This document shows positions 38,774-48,447 of a stretch of DNA of 64,000 nucleotides, one piece after another. The stretch comes from a virus (lineage: Duplodnaviria > Caudoviricetes), in IMG/VR virus record IMGVR_UViG_3300037524_000636, positions 5,857 to 69,856 of that record; one strand, given 5' to 3'. The position numbers and the translations under genes are program-made. The notes under the pieces are model-generated. The model was given only the letters and a program-made list of their open reading frames with translations, was not told the origin of the DNA and searched no databases. Each line of letters opens with the position of its first letter. Within the stretch, counting starts at the first letter, position 1.

Positions 38774-39053
38774 CGACCCCGTGAAGTCGCTGCTCCGCCC
38801 CACCGTTGACAACGAGCCAGCGGCGCTGTTGGAGATCGAGCCGGACTGGCACGATCATTGGTGGGGCATGCCACAGTTCGTCATGGGCAACGCAATGCCA
38901 CAGTATCAGGTCGTCGTCAACTTCATGACCGTCGAGGACGTCATCGCCCTCGGCAAGCGTATTGGGATTCCACTTACCGCCAGGTCGAAGTCGATCTGGT
39001 ATCCGCCACAAACCTCTGACGAGCCAAAGCTCTGGGCCTATGTCGAAGACTGA
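38733..39053 (+). CDS. Small partner of TAGT-like glycosyltransferase
   Basis: PDWHDHWWGMPQF..QVVVNFMT homologous to the N-terminus of 53403-54563. Confidence 0.7.
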   Translation: MKPKLRLKKIRKGDDPVKSLLRPTVDNEPAALLEIEPDWHDHWWGMPQFVMGNAMPQYQVVVNFMTVEDVIALGKRIGIPLTARSKSIWYPPQTSDEPKLWAYVED

Positions 39054-39909
39054 CTATCCGATTTACATCCCGACGAAGGGACGCTGGGAGACGTGTCACA
39101 CCGCGCGCCGTTTGTCCGAGATGGATTGCCCGTTCTTTCTCGTCGTCGAGGAGACCGAGGCGAAGAAGTATCGACGCCTGGGTCTCGGCGAGGTTCTCGT
39201 GCTCCCGTTTCACGACCTGGGCAAGGGTTCCATCCCGGCCCGGAACTGGATCTGGGATCATGCGAAGAGCAACGGACACGCGCGACACTGGGTGATGGAC
39301 GACAACGTGGTTCGCTTCTACCGGACGAACTTCAACCGCCGCATCCCGTCGCGCACTGCCGCCATCTTTCGGTGCATTGAGCATTGGTGCGATCGGTATG
39401 AGAACATCGCCTTCGCTGGATTGCAGTATATGACGTTCGCCGTCGATCGTCGTGCTGACATCGCGCCGTTCCAGCTCAACACGCGAGTCTACTCGATGAT
39501 CCTGGTCAACACGGACCTGCCCTATCGCTGGCGTGGACGCTACAACGAGGACACCGACATCTGCCTGCGCGCGCTCAAGGACGGCTGGTGCACAGTCGTC
39601 TTCAACGCGTTCCTCGGTGACAAGACGACCACGATGAAGATGAGGGGCGGCAACACCGACAACGTCTACAACACCGGCGACAAGCGGCTGGCGTTTGCCC
39701 GGAGTCTTGCCAAGCAGCATCCCGACGTCGCGCGCGTCGTCTGGCGATACGATCGTTGGCACCACCACGTCGACTACTCATCCTTCAGGCGCAACGCGCT
39801 TCGTCTTCGGAAAGGCATTACGCCAACCCTGGGATTCGACGAGCACGGCATGCGCTTGGTCCGTCTCCAGAAACCAGATACCGATGAAAAAGAAACCAAC
39901 AACGACTGA
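39040..39909 (+). CDS. TAGT/GREB1-like (GT-A fold) glycosyltransferase, copy 1
   Basis: YPIYIPTKGR, ARNWIWDHA, HWVMDDN, WRGRYNEDTD, GGNT. Confidence 0.75.
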   Translation: MSKTDYPIYIPTKGRWETCHTARRLSEMDCPFFLVVEETEAKKYRRLGLGEVLVLPFHDLGKGSIPARNWIWDHAKSNGHARHWVMDDNVVRFYRTNFNRRIPSRTAAIFRCIEHWCDRYENIAFAGLQYMTFAVDRRADIAPFQLNTRVYSMILVNTDLPYRWRGRYNEDTDICLRALKDGWCTVVFNAFLGDKTTTMKMRGGNTDNVYNTGDKRLAFARSLAKQHPDVARVVWRYDRWHHHVDYSSFRRNALRLRKGITPTLGFDEHGMRLVRLQKPDTDEKETNND

Positions 39910-40900
39910 ACCGTCCGAGGAGCTTTACAAGCGCCATCGTCCCAGCTTGTTCAAGCAGGTCCTGGGCCAACCAGCGGCGATCAAGTCACTTACCTCGATG
40001 CTGGAGAAGAACGCCGTCCCGCACGCGCTTCTCTTCACGGGCCCGTCTGGCGTGGGCAAGACGACGCTCGCGCGCATCATGCAGCGCAAGCTTGGGTGTG
40101 CGGATAGCAACTACACTGAGATCAACGCGGCGAACTTTCGCGGGATCGACACCGTGCGCGACGTTCTCTCGACGATGAGGCTTGCGCCGATCGAGGGCCG
40201 CACCCGGATCTACCTCCTGGACGAGGTGCACAAGCTCACGAGCGATGCGCAGAACGCGTTTCTCAAGGCGCTGGAGGACACGCCAGAGCATGTCTACTTC
40301 TTCCTGTGTACGACCGAGCCCGCTCGCTTGATCCAGACTGTGCTTACGCGATGCACCGAGATCAAGCTCTCGGCGTTGACGGCCGCGAGCATCCGCAAGC
40401 TGGTCGAGGACGTCACCGTGCGCGAGGGCTTCAAGCTTGATGACGAGGTGATAGACCGTCTGGTCGAGGTCGCGAATGGAAGCGCGAGAGTTGCGCTCGT
40501 CGTCCTGCACAAGATCGCTGCGTTGGGCGATGACGTCGGCGTTGACGAGCAGATCGCCGCGATCGAGTCCAGCGACTTCCGTGCGCAGTCGATCGACTTG
40601 GCGCGCGAGCTGACGTCGACGAAGGCGACCTGGCACGAGGTTGCGAAGAAGCTTGTCCTGATCGAGGACGACGCCGAGGGCGTCCGCCGTCTCGTGCTCG
40701 CGTATTGCGCGAAGGCGCTGATCTCTCCGCCTGGCGACGGCAAGCAGCCCGCAGGCGCGAAGGCGAATGCCTACGAGTCCTGGCGACGAGATCGGCTTGC
40801 CGCGATCATCAGCGCCTTCGAGTGCAATTTCTACGACAGCGGTCGCGCGGGCTTGGTCTTCGCTTGCTATCGGATTCTCAGCACAAACGACAATAGGTGA
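39884..40900 (+). CDS. Clamp-loader AAA+ ATPase (DnaX/RFC-like)
   Basis: LY.RHRP.LF..VLGQ, GPSGVGKTT, LDEVHKL, LLK-type FLKALEDTP, TVLTRC. Confidence 0.92.
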   Translation: MKKKPTTTEPSEELYKRHRPSLFKQVLGQPAAIKSLTSMLEKNAVPHALLFTGPSGVGKTTLARIMQRKLGCADSNYTEINAANFRGIDTVRDVLSTMRLAPIEGRTRIYLLDEVHKLTSDAQNAFLKALEDTPEHVYFFLCTTEPARLIQTVLTRCTEIKLSALTAASIRKLVEDVTVREGFKLDDEVIDRLVEVANGSARVALVVLHKIAALGDDVGVDEQIAAIESSDFRAQSIDLARELTSTKATWHEVAKKLVLIEDDAEGVRRLVLAYCAKALISPPGDGKQPAGAKANAYESWRRDRLAAIISAFECNFYDSGRAGLVFACYRILSTNDNR

Positions 40901-40916
40901 CAACGAAGCACGACAC

Positions 40917-41450
40917 ATGAAGAAACCGAAGACAAGCAACCCAATGACGCGCTCGCGCGTCACGCCGGACGTCCTGGCGATCGACGAGCTGCGCCTAGAC
41001 AAGGAGTGGGTGGGTCAGCCACAACTCGCGCTGAACTGGAATGAGAAGCTTGCCGAAGCCAGGCATGTTCACGACTTGGCAAAGGCTGACCTCGACACGC
41101 TCGCGGCGCGCCTGGGCGCATCGATCCGGCTCAAGCCAGAGAGGTATCAGATCGAGAAGATCACCGAGTCAGCGATCACGATGGCCGTGCAATTGGATCT
41201 TGAATACATCGCACAACAACGCCGGGTGATCGACGCGCGCCACGAGGTCGAGCTTGTCCAGGCCGTCGTCACGGCGATCGAACACCGCAAGCGCGCCCTG
41301 ACGAAGCTGGTTGATCTGCATCTCTCGAACTACTTCAGCGAGCCTGGTCGCACGAAAGCGGGCGACCTCTCCGGCAACGCCAAGCGAATCCGATCTCGCG
41401 AGAACACCCGCCGCGCGCTTTCCGAGAACGAAGTGGGCGACGAGGATTGA
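40917..41450 (+). CDS. UvsY-like recombination mediator
   Basis: L.IDE..LD.EW..QP.L helical pattern; before SSB and RecA-like genes. Confidence 0.55.
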   Translation: MKKPKTSNPMTRSRVTPDVLAIDELRLDKEWVGQPQLALNWNEKLAEARHVHDLAKADLDTLAARLGASIRLKPERYQIEKITESAITMAVQLDLEYIAQQRRVIDARHEVELVQAVVTAIEHRKRALTKLVDLHLSNYFSEPGRTKAGDLSGNAKRIRSRENTRRALSENEVGDED

Positions 41451-41453
41451 CCG

Positions 41454-41648
41454 ATGTCGCTCATGCACACGATCATCCTGGTGTTGGTTGTCACATTGAC
41501 GACGTTCCTGCTCCTGCCCATGCTCGTGTTTATCATTGTCCGTATGGTGAAGAGGGCCTGGTATTTGCCCATTCACTACACACCACAAAACCAAACAACA
41601 AAAAGCAATGGCAACGAACAGACAAAAGCAAAAGAAGACGACCGATGA
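41454..41648 (+). CDS. Small membrane protein
   Basis: Long N-terminal hydrophobic stretch. Confidence 0.45.
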   Translation: MSLMHTIILVLVVTLTTFLLLPMLVFIIVRMVKRAWYLPIHYTPQNQTTKSNGNEQTKAKEDDR

Positions 41649-42879
41649 CGAGTTCTTGGGCGCCAAGAACCGTCACGAGCGACACAAGGCTGCGGGCGAG
41701 TTCTCGCCTGACACGCTCAAACTGTCCAAGGGCGCGAAGCTCTTCCGCTTCCGACAGGAGGGCGTCTACTACCTCGACATCATTCCGTATCGAGTGGGCA
41801 AGGGCAACCCGAACGCCGACGAGGGCAAGGTGTATTGGGAGCGCACGTTCTACGTTCACCGGATGCCAGAGGGCGGCCAGCACGTGTGCTTGCGCCGCAC
41901 GTTGAACCAGCCGTGCCCGATTTGCGAGTTCTCTCGCAATCTCGCGAACAGCGACGACGTGGACGAGAAGCTGGTCACGGACCTGCGCTCGAAGGAGCGG
42001 CAGCTCTTCAACGTCATTGACACGCGCGACCGCAAGGCTGGTATTCAACTCCTGGAGATCAGCTATCATCTCTTCGGGACGCTGCTCGATGATCGCACGC
42101 AGCCCAACGAGGACGACCCGGATGACGACGGCAGTGTGTATTCGGACTTCGCGCACTGGGCGAAGGGCTTCACGCTTCGGCTCACGGTGAAGAAGAAGAA
42201 AATGGGAATGAACTCGTTCATGGAGGTCACGGCAATCGATTTCAAGCCCCGTCGCCAACAGTATGAGAAGTCGATCCTGGACGAAGCCTATTGCCTCGAC
42301 GACCTGCTCGTGGTCAAGACCTACGATGAGTTGAAGAAGCTGGTGCTGGGTCTCGACGCATCGAGCGCGGGCGACGACGACGATGCCGAGCCGTTCCCGG
42401 CGAAGAAGAAGGCGAAGAGCAAGCCGCCCGTCGACGATGACGACGACGAGTCCGACGACGACGACGATGAGGAGGACGACGAGTCCGACGACGACGAGTC
42501 CGACGACGAGGATGACGACGAGGAGGAGGACGAGGTTCCGGCGAAGACGAAGACGAAGACGAAGACGGCGAAGAGCAAGCCACCCGTCGACGACGACGAG
42601 GACGACGACGAAGACGAGGACGAGTCCGACGACGACGAGGACGACGACGAAGACGAAGACGAGTCTGACGACGACGACGACGAAGACGAGGACGAGTCCG
42701 ACGACGACGACGACGACGAGGACGACGACGAAGACGACGAGGACGACGACGAAGACGAGACTGACGACGACGACGACGACGATGACGACGACGAAGACGA
42801 CGAATCACGCAAGCCCTCGCGTGGAAAGCCCGCCCCTGCTAGCAAACGGGCAGCGCCTGCCCGCAAGCGCGGCAAGTAA
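41608..42879 (+). CDS. gp32-like single-stranded DNA-binding protein with a very long acidic tail
   Basis: LDIIPY, FYVHR..CL..CPICE, NVID, G..LRL; about 140-aa Asp/Glu tail. Confidence 0.7.
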   Translation: MATNRQKQKKTTDDEFLGAKNRHERHKAAGEFSPDTLKLSKGAKLFRFRQEGVYYLDIIPYRVGKGNPNADEGKVYWERTFYVHRMPEGGQHVCLRRTLNQPCPICEFSRNLANSDDVDEKLVTDLRSKERQLFNVIDTRDRKAGIQLLEISYHLFGTLLDDRTQPNEDDPDDDGSVYSDFAHWAKGFTLRLTVKKKKMGMNSFMEVTAIDFKPRRQQYEKSILDEAYCLDDLLVVKTYDELKKLVLGLDASSAGDDDDAEPFPAKKKAKSKPPVDDDDDESDDDDDEEDDESDDDESDDEDDDEEEDEVPAKTKTKTKTAKSKPPVDDDEDDDEDEDESDDDEDDDEDEDESDDDDDEDEDESDDDDDDEDDDEDDEDDDEDETDDDDDDDDDDEDDESRKPSRGKPAPASKRAAPARKRGK

Positions 42880-42914
42880 ACGAACACCAAGCCCGCAACC
42901 AACAAACGCGATGA

Positions 42915-42947
42915 GGCCCCGGTTGAACTCGACATTCAACCGGGGCC
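42915..42947 (+). other. 13-bp perfect hairpin between ssb and the recA-like gene
   Basis: ggccccggttgaa/ttcaaccggggcc; no U-tract. Confidence 0.7.
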
Positions 42948-42962
42948 GATTCGTTTGAAGCC

Positions 42963-44060
42963 ATGTCGAAGATCAAGAGAGAAGTCGCGAGCGCGATCGC
43001 AAGCCTGCACAAGGTCGCTGGACCGCCGGACAAGAAGATCGCACTCAACTCGGGGAGCACATTGGTCAATCTTGCCTTCACGGGAACGCCGAACGCCGCG
43101 TATTTGCCTGGCAAATACTACTTGCTGGTCGGAGATTCGAGTGCAGGCAAGACGTTCCTTGCGATGACGGCACTGGCGGAAGCCTGCCAGTCGAAGCTTT
43201 TCGAGAACCACGAGTTGTATCTCGACAACGTGGAGGACGGCGCGCTCATGGACGTTGAGCACTTCTTCGGGAAGAAGCTAGCGGAGCGATTGCGCCCACC
43301 GAGATACGAAAAAGGAATTCCCGTCTACAGTTCGACCGTCGAGGACTTCTATGACAACCTGTCGCGGGCGCATGCGCGCGCCGTGAATACGGGAAAGCCC
43401 TACGTCTACATCCTGGACAGTGAGAACGCACTCAGCAGTGAAGCCGAGCAAAAGAAGCACGAAGCGCAGCGCAAGGCGCGAGTCAAGGACGTCGAAGCGG
43501 CTGGAAGCTATGGCGACGCGAAAGCGGCCTACCACAGCCAGCATCTCAGGATCGCGCGTATCAATCTTCGGGATACGGCGAGCATCCTGATCATCCTCAG
43601 TCAAACGCGCGACAACCTGGGCTTTGGCTTTGAGAAGAAGACGAGAAGTGGCGGCCGTGCGCTCAAGTTCTATGCCTCTGTTGAAGCGTGGTTGTCCGTG
43701 GAGAAAGTGCTGAAGAAGACTGTCCGGGGAAAGCCGCGCGAGATCGGTATCATGACCAAGCTGCAAGTGCGCAAGAATCGCACGACGGGGCGCCTGCGCG
43801 TGGTCTCGGTACCCATCCTGCACTCGGCAGGCGTCGACGACCTGGGCTCGTGCATCGACTACCTGGTCGAAGAGAGCTACTGGAAGGCGATCAAGAAGAC
43901 GATCAAGGCGCCGGACTTCGAGTTCGAGGGCTCGCGCTCGGGGCTGATCGAGTTGATCGAGAAGAGCAACCGAGAGCGCGAGCTGCGCGCTCTCGTCACC
44001 GACGTCTGGCGCGAGATTGAGGAGGCGTGCGAGGCGTCGCGAAAGCCTCGATACCGATGA
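42963..44060 (+). CDS. RecA/UvsX-like recombinase
   Basis: GS..VNLA, Walker A GDSSAGKT, ILDS, SQTRD, GGRALKFYASV. Confidence 0.9.
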   Translation: MSKIKREVASAIASLHKVAGPPDKKIALNSGSTLVNLAFTGTPNAAYLPGKYYLLVGDSSAGKTFLAMTALAEACQSKLFENHELYLDNVEDGALMDVEHFFGKKLAERLRPPRYEKGIPVYSSTVEDFYDNLSRAHARAVNTGKPYVYILDSENALSSEAEQKKHEAQRKARVKDVEAAGSYGDAKAAYHSQHLRIARINLRDTASILIILSQTRDNLGFGFEKKTRSGGRALKFYASVEAWLSVEKVLKKTVRGKPREIGIMTKLQVRKNRTTGRLRVVSVPILHSAGVDDLGSCIDYLVEESYWKAIKKTIKAPDFEFEGSRSGLIELIEKSNRERELRALVTDVWREIEEACEASRKPRYR

Positions 44061-44932
44061 GCGCGCCCGAGTCTACGATGACGTCCGAGCCTGCGGTCGA
44101 CCTGATGCTGATCGACTGCGACTTCATGTGCCACCGTGCCTACTACTCGACAGGCATGTTGCAGCACAATGGTCGACCGACGGGAGTCATCTACGGGTTC
44201 ATGGTTGCGCTCGCCGACTTGATCGATCGCTTCGCGCCTGCCACGATTGGGTTCTGCTTCGACTACGGGCTGCCGAAGCGAGTGTCGTTGTTTCCTGCAT
44301 ACAAGGCGAATCGCCGGGCTACAGGCGAGAGCCGAACCAGGGAGGAGATCGAGCAGCGCAAGCGATTCGACCAGCAACGCGACGAGTTGCGCCACAGGAT
44401 GATCAACTCGCTCGGCTTCCAGAACGTGTTCTACCAACGGCACTACGAGGCGGACGACCTGATCGCGAAGCTGGCGATCGAGTTGTCGGCTCATCGCGTC
44501 GTCATCGTGAGCGCAGACAGCGACTTGTGGCAACTCCTGCGCCCTGGACTGCGGATCTTCAACCCGATCAACAAGCGCGTCGCGACGAAGAAGTGGTTCA
44601 TCAAGGCTTACGGAATCGATCCTGACCACTGGGCGCTGGTCAAGGCAATCGCTGGATGCACGAGCGACAACATTCCAGGTGTGCGTGGCATCGGCACAGC
44701 GAGCGCGATTGCTTACTTGAATGGCGCGCTCAGGCATACTGGGCGCCTCGAGTTGATCGAGAGCGCAATCAAGAATGGCGAGATCGAGCAATACCTCGCC
44801 TTGACTAGGCTACCGATGAAGGGGGTCGAGTCGATGCGAATACGCAAGGAGCGATTCGACCCGCAGGCCTGGATCGACCTGGCGACGACAATAGGCTCGC
44901 CCGTACTCAAAAAACACTTACCGAGGATTTGA
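44057..44932 (+). CDS. 5'-3' exonuclease / flap endonuclease (RNase H-like)
   Basis: LID.DF..HRA, FD, YKANR, EADDLI, SADSDL.QL, G.TSDNIPGVRGIG. Confidence 0.92.
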   Translation: MSAPESTMTSEPAVDLMLIDCDFMCHRAYYSTGMLQHNGRPTGVIYGFMVALADLIDRFAPATIGFCFDYGLPKRVSLFPAYKANRRATGESRTREEIEQRKRFDQQRDELRHRMINSLGFQNVFYQRHYEADDLIAKLAIELSAHRVVIVSADSDLWQLLRPGLRIFNPINKRVATKKWFIKAYGIDPDHWALVKAIAGCTSDNIPGVRGIGTASAIAYLNGALRHTGRLELIESAIKNGEIEQYLALTRLPMKGVESMRIRKERFDPQAWIDLATTIGSPVLKKHLPRI

Positions 44933-44933
44933 C

Positions 44934-45539
44934 ATGGCTAAGGGATCATCATTCGAGCGCGACGTTTGCAAGCGGCTTTCGCTCTGGTGGACCAGCGACA
45001 AGCGCGACGACATCTTTTGGCGCACGGCGTCGAGTGGCGCCCGAGCGACGCAGCGACGCAAGCAGGGCAAGCGCACGGCGAACAGCTATGGCGACGTCTG
45101 CGCGACTGATCCGATTGGGCAGCCCCTCATCGACCTGCTCTCGATCGAGCTGAAGCGCGGCTACAACCGCACGCACTTCGCCGACCCGTTCGACGCGCCT
45201 GAGATGTCGCAGCCCAGCGCCTGGGAATCGTTCGTGCTCAAGGCATCGCGCGACGCGACTGTGGCCCGCTCGTTCTCCTGGATGCTCATCACCAGGCGTG
45301 ATCGTCATCGAAGCGTCGCGACGATGCCGAAACACTTGTTTGTTGGACTGCAGTCTGTGGGAGCGTTTGGCAAGCGCACACCGATCCCGTTCGTCACGTT
45401 CAACGCGCGACTTCGGGCGAAGGGCGAGAAGCCGATTGTATTCAAGCTCAGGATATGCTTGCTGGACGACTTCCTCGACTCAGTAACACCCGCCCATGTC
45501 CGGGCTCTCGCGATGAGGCACAAGCATGCAACACCGTGA
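44934..45539 (+). CDS. Holliday junction resolvase (PD-(D/E)XK)
   Basis: KGSSFER.V.K.LS.WW, R...SG, GD, SIELKRG. Confidence 0.75.
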   Translation: MAKGSSFERDVCKRLSLWWTSDKRDDIFWRTASSGARATQRRKQGKRTANSYGDVCATDPIGQPLIDLLSIELKRGYNRTHFADPFDAPEMSQPSAWESFVLKASRDATVARSFSWMLITRRDRHRSVATMPKHLFVGLQSVGAFGKRTPIPFVTFNARLRAKGEKPIVFKLRICLLDDFLDSVTPAHVRALAMRHKHATP

Positions 45540-45969
45540 TCTCAAGCTGTTCCTCGAGCTGCAACGCGCGCTGCGCAAGGCGTCGACGCAGATCGAGAAG
45601 CGCGCCATCATCATAAACTGGATACGGGAGCATCCGGGGCTCTTCGAGTATCTCAGCCTGTGCAAGGACCCGAAGCGTCGCTTCATGCTTCGCCCCGACG
45701 AGTGCGACGTGCCCCCGGCTGAGTTCGCGGCACAGCACATGCGCGGCCCGATCGAGATCCTGCGCCTGTTTGAGCGCAACGTCGTTCGTCGCGACATCGC
45801 CCGCGCGATGTGGTCTGGGTATCTCGCCCGCCTGCGCAGGCGTTCGCTCAAGCGCGCTGCGAATTGCCTGCTGGAAAAGCGACTCCGTTGCGGGGTGCGG
45901 AACAAGACCCTGGATTCCGCGCTCGTCAAGCTTGGGTTTCGCCCGTTCTTCACTCGACAACGGGACTGA
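45526..45969 (+). CDS. Stand-alone domain resembling the N-terminal DNA-binding domain of phage ATP-dependent ligases
   Basis: L..L..AST..EK..I start and LL.KRLRCGV..KT motif; no KxDG catalytic motif. Confidence 0.4.
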   Translation: MQHRDLKLFLELQRALRKASTQIEKRAIIINWIREHPGLFEYLSLCKDPKRRFMLRPDECDVPPAEFAAQHMRGPIEILRLFERNVVRRDIARAMWSGYLARLRRRSLKRAANCLLEKRLRCGVRNKTLDSALVKLGFRPFFTRQRD

Positions 45970-45987
45970 GCTTATTACGCAAAAGCG

Positions 45988-46016
45988 TTGACGTCGTCTG
46001 GTGTTTCGAGTAGGCT
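45988..46016 (+). promoter_or_regulatory. Sigma70-type early promoter TTGACG-N17-TAGGCT
   Basis: Near consensus; ATG 8 nt downstream at 46025. Confidence 0.8.
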
Positions 46017-46024
46017 CCGAGACG

Positions 46025-46213
46025 ATGAAGACACACACGAATCGGAAGCGTTCGGCGTTCTGGAAGGATGCCGAACCAATAGTGCGCAAGGGACGGGATC
46101 GGTTCCTGCTCACGCTCATTGACGGGAAGCGCGAGAAGGTGAGGGCGACGAGCTTCGCCGACGCCGCACGTCGCTTCGGGTATTTGGGGATCAAATACAT
46201 CGTTCGGAGGTGA
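46025..46213 (+). CDS. Small early protein (MKTHTN...)
   Basis: Directly after promoter. Confidence 0.6.
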   Translation: MKTHTNRKRSAFWKDAEPIVRKGRDRFLLTLIDGKREKVRATSFADAARRFGYLGIKYIVRR

Positions 46214-46216
46214 CAC

Positions 46217-46432
46217 ATGGACAAGCAACGCGTCATTGACCTGTCGATGCTCATGGGCCTTCGGCTCAAGGAGATTTTCGACAAGCGAGAGCAGCTTGAG
46301 ATCGTCGCTGCGCAACTCTCGCGCGACGACATGTTCGGCAAGCTCATCATCGCCCTGGACCGGGGCGACATCGTGGTCGTGCACAAGCACGACGATGGAA
46401 CTGAAATCTACGTCGCCGAAAAGAAGTCATGA
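46217..46432 (+). CDS. Small early protein
   Basis: GGAGG upstream; ATGA coupling downstream. Confidence 0.65.
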   Translation: MDKQRVIDLSMLMGLRLKEIFDKREQLEIVAAQLSRDDMFGKLIIALDRGDIVVVHKHDDGTEIYVAEKKS

Positions 46433-47424
46433 GCAGCACCGACTACCAAATTGTGGCCAAGATTTGCGAGGAGCTTCCCGAAGTGTGGCGCGTGTCATAC
46501 CCACGGCGATACGAGAACCTGGGCAAGTGGTGCTCGCCGAAGATTGCGAGCGTCGCCCTGGCGCACCCCGTTGTCACACTTCAGGTTTTGGGCGAGAACT
46601 TCAACGCGATGCCCATGGCTGCTGTGAATCAGTTCCTGGTCGCGGCGAAGTGCGTCGAGCACGATGTGCCGACCTACTTCGTCCCGAACGCCCTGCTGCA
46701 CGCGATCGACAACACGACCCCCGACGGGTCGATCGACTGGACCCAGCTCAAGCTCCCGCACGATGGCGCAGTGTTCGTCTTTGAGCGCGGCGCGATTTGC
46801 CACCCGAACGCGGCGATTGGCGAGATTCCGTTTGCAGCCTACGCGCGCACACACTCAGGCGAACGCTTGAGGCACCCGTGTATTCGCGACGCAATCACCG
46901 TGCAGGGCGGTGGCTTCGTCGTCATGACGATGGCGCACGAGTCCGATAAGGCCTACACGTTCGACCTGTGCATGAGCGAACACACGAGCCAGCGCTTGTG
47001 CGACGTGGTCAACACTGAGAAGCATCACGACCGCGCGCTCACGCCCAGCGAGTGGGACCCATGCGCTGTCGTCATGTCGCCCGATGAAACGAAGTTCAAC
47101 ACCTGGCTGACGACGCTCGTGTTGAAGTTGTTGCTCTTCATGCTCGCGCGACCGAACGACGTTCAGCACGGCTCAATCGCTCGCGTCGTCAAGCAGCGAC
47201 GAACGGGAAGCCCGATCGAGTTCTGGCACCCGAACGTCATGGGTCGCAACTACGTGACGGCACGAGAGATGAGTGCGGGCACCCACGCGTCGCCGCGCTT
47301 GCATTGGCGCCGGGGGCACTTCCGTAATCAACGACATGGTCCAGGCTTTTCACTCGTGAAAACGATCTGGATCGAGCCCGTGCTCGTCGCACCATCGGAA
47401 AATAAACAACCTGCAACCACTTGA
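46429..47424 (+). CDS. Conserved phage hypothetical protein
   Basis: C-terminal HASPRLHWRRGHFR..WIEP.LV motif common in phage proteins. Confidence 0.7.
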   Translation: MSSTDYQIVAKICEELPEVWRVSYPRRYENLGKWCSPKIASVALAHPVVTLQVLGENFNAMPMAAVNQFLVAAKCVEHDVPTYFVPNALLHAIDNTTPDGSIDWTQLKLPHDGAVFVFERGAICHPNAAIGEIPFAAYARTHSGERLRHPCIRDAITVQGGGFVVMTMAHESDKAYTFDLCMSEHTSQRLCDVVNTEKHHDRALTPSEWDPCAVVMSPDETKFNTWLTTLVLKLLLFMLARPNDVQHGSIARVVKQRRTGSPIEFWHPNVMGRNYVTAREMSAGTHASPRLHWRRGHFRNQRHGPGFSLVKTIWIEPVLVAPSENKQPATT

Positions 47425-47498
47425 TTCCCGTAGACTTGCGCAACCATCGGAACAATTCCGACGATTGTTGTCGACTACGGCGTTCCGATGACGATGAT
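47421..47498 (+). promoter_or_regulatory. Promoter/operator block (GTCGAC-N17-GATGAT) duplicated at 54591-54680
   Basis: 19/21 match TTGA.T.CCGTAGACTTGCGC plus shared downstream boxes; ATG 8 nt after GATGAT. Confidence 0.6.
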
Positions 47499-47506
47499 GG
47501 ACGTCG

Positions 47507-47776
47507 ATGACACACAACACACACAACACCGCAACCGAAGCAACGTCCCGCCGCCGCGTGACGTTCCGCACGCTCGTCGACTCCGACGTGGGTGAGCCGA
47601 TCATGGTCGAGATCGACGCGCGCTCATTCGCATCGATCCACGACGCTTGCCCGTCGAAGGGCTGGCCGGTTCTCGTGATCTTCACCGATCGCCGGATCCG
47701 CACCCGTCGCTTTCGCACTGTGCGCGACGCGATCAAGGGCGTCCGCTCCGTCGCCCGCAACTTCATCAACCTTTGA
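47507..47776 (+). CDS. Small early protein (MTHNTHNT...)
   Basis: Directly after promoter block. Confidence 0.6.
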   Translation: MTHNTHNTATEATSRRRVTFRTLVDSDVGEPIMVEIDARSFASIHDACPSKGWPVLVIFTDRRIRTRRFRTVRDAIKGVRSVARNFINL

Positions 47777-47787
47777 GCCGCACAACG

Positions 47788-48153
47788 ATGACGACTCCAG
47801 CCGATCTCCGAATCATCAACGAGCGCAACAAAGCGCGAGCGCGCTTGCCCGAGCTCGTCGCCGCGATCAAGGGCACGCATCGCGACCCGTCGCAGGTCGC
47901 CGAGCGTGGTCGCTTGCTCAACGAATACGCCGCCGCAGTTTGGGCAGCGAACGCGCGCACTGGCGCCGAGATGGACGCGATGGCAGACGCGATCGACCGC
48001 GCGATCAAGCGCGACGAAGAGCGACGCACCCGCGAGGTCGCCGAGCTCGAGGCAAAGCAACAAGCGCACCGCGACGCGCTCAAGCCGTCCGGCGTGAAGA
48101 TCGAGCCCGCGTCGCTCGCCGCGATCCTGGGCAATATCGATTTCCGGGGCTGA
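47788..48153 (+). CDS. Early helical hypothetical protein
   Basis: CA-rich leader; coiled-coil. Confidence 0.6.
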   Translation: MTTPADLRIINERNKARARLPELVAAIKGTHRDPSQVAERGRLLNEYAAAVWAANARTGAEMDAMADAIDRAIKRDEERRTREVAELEAKQQAHRDALKPSGVKIEPASLAAILGNIDFRG

Positions 48154-48204
48154 TCAGCTCCAGCAACGACAACAACACGAGACACACAACACGAGACACA
48201 CAAC

Positions 48205-48447
48205 ATGGCACACAACACGACACGCAACACGACGACCCGATGCCGGCTCGTCATCTGGGACTGGGAAGACCAGCCCGATTGGGACAGCATCAACGACGCA
48301 CTCGCCGAATTCGAGTCGCCGATGATTCACGCGATCGCGAGCGACAACGACGACAACAACCGCGTCCTGATTTCCGAGCGCAACGCGTTCAGGAACAGGG
48401 CCGAGATCGAGCGCGCCGCGCGCGACGAGGAGGAAGAAAACTCATGA
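48205..48447 (+). CDS. Early hypothetical protein
   Basis: Preceded by a 14-bp CA-rich tandem (48173-48214); WDWEDQPDW motif. Confidence 0.6.
   Translation: MAHNTTRNTTTRCRLVIWDWEDQPDWDSINDALAEFESPMIHAIASDNDDNNRVLISERNAFRNRAEIERAARDEEEENS

Noticed and set aside
42370-42810. CRISPR-like or non-coding repeat array (GACGAC and CA-rich repeats)
   Set aside because: No repeat-spacer periodicity; these are coding microrepeats or leader sequences; no cas genes
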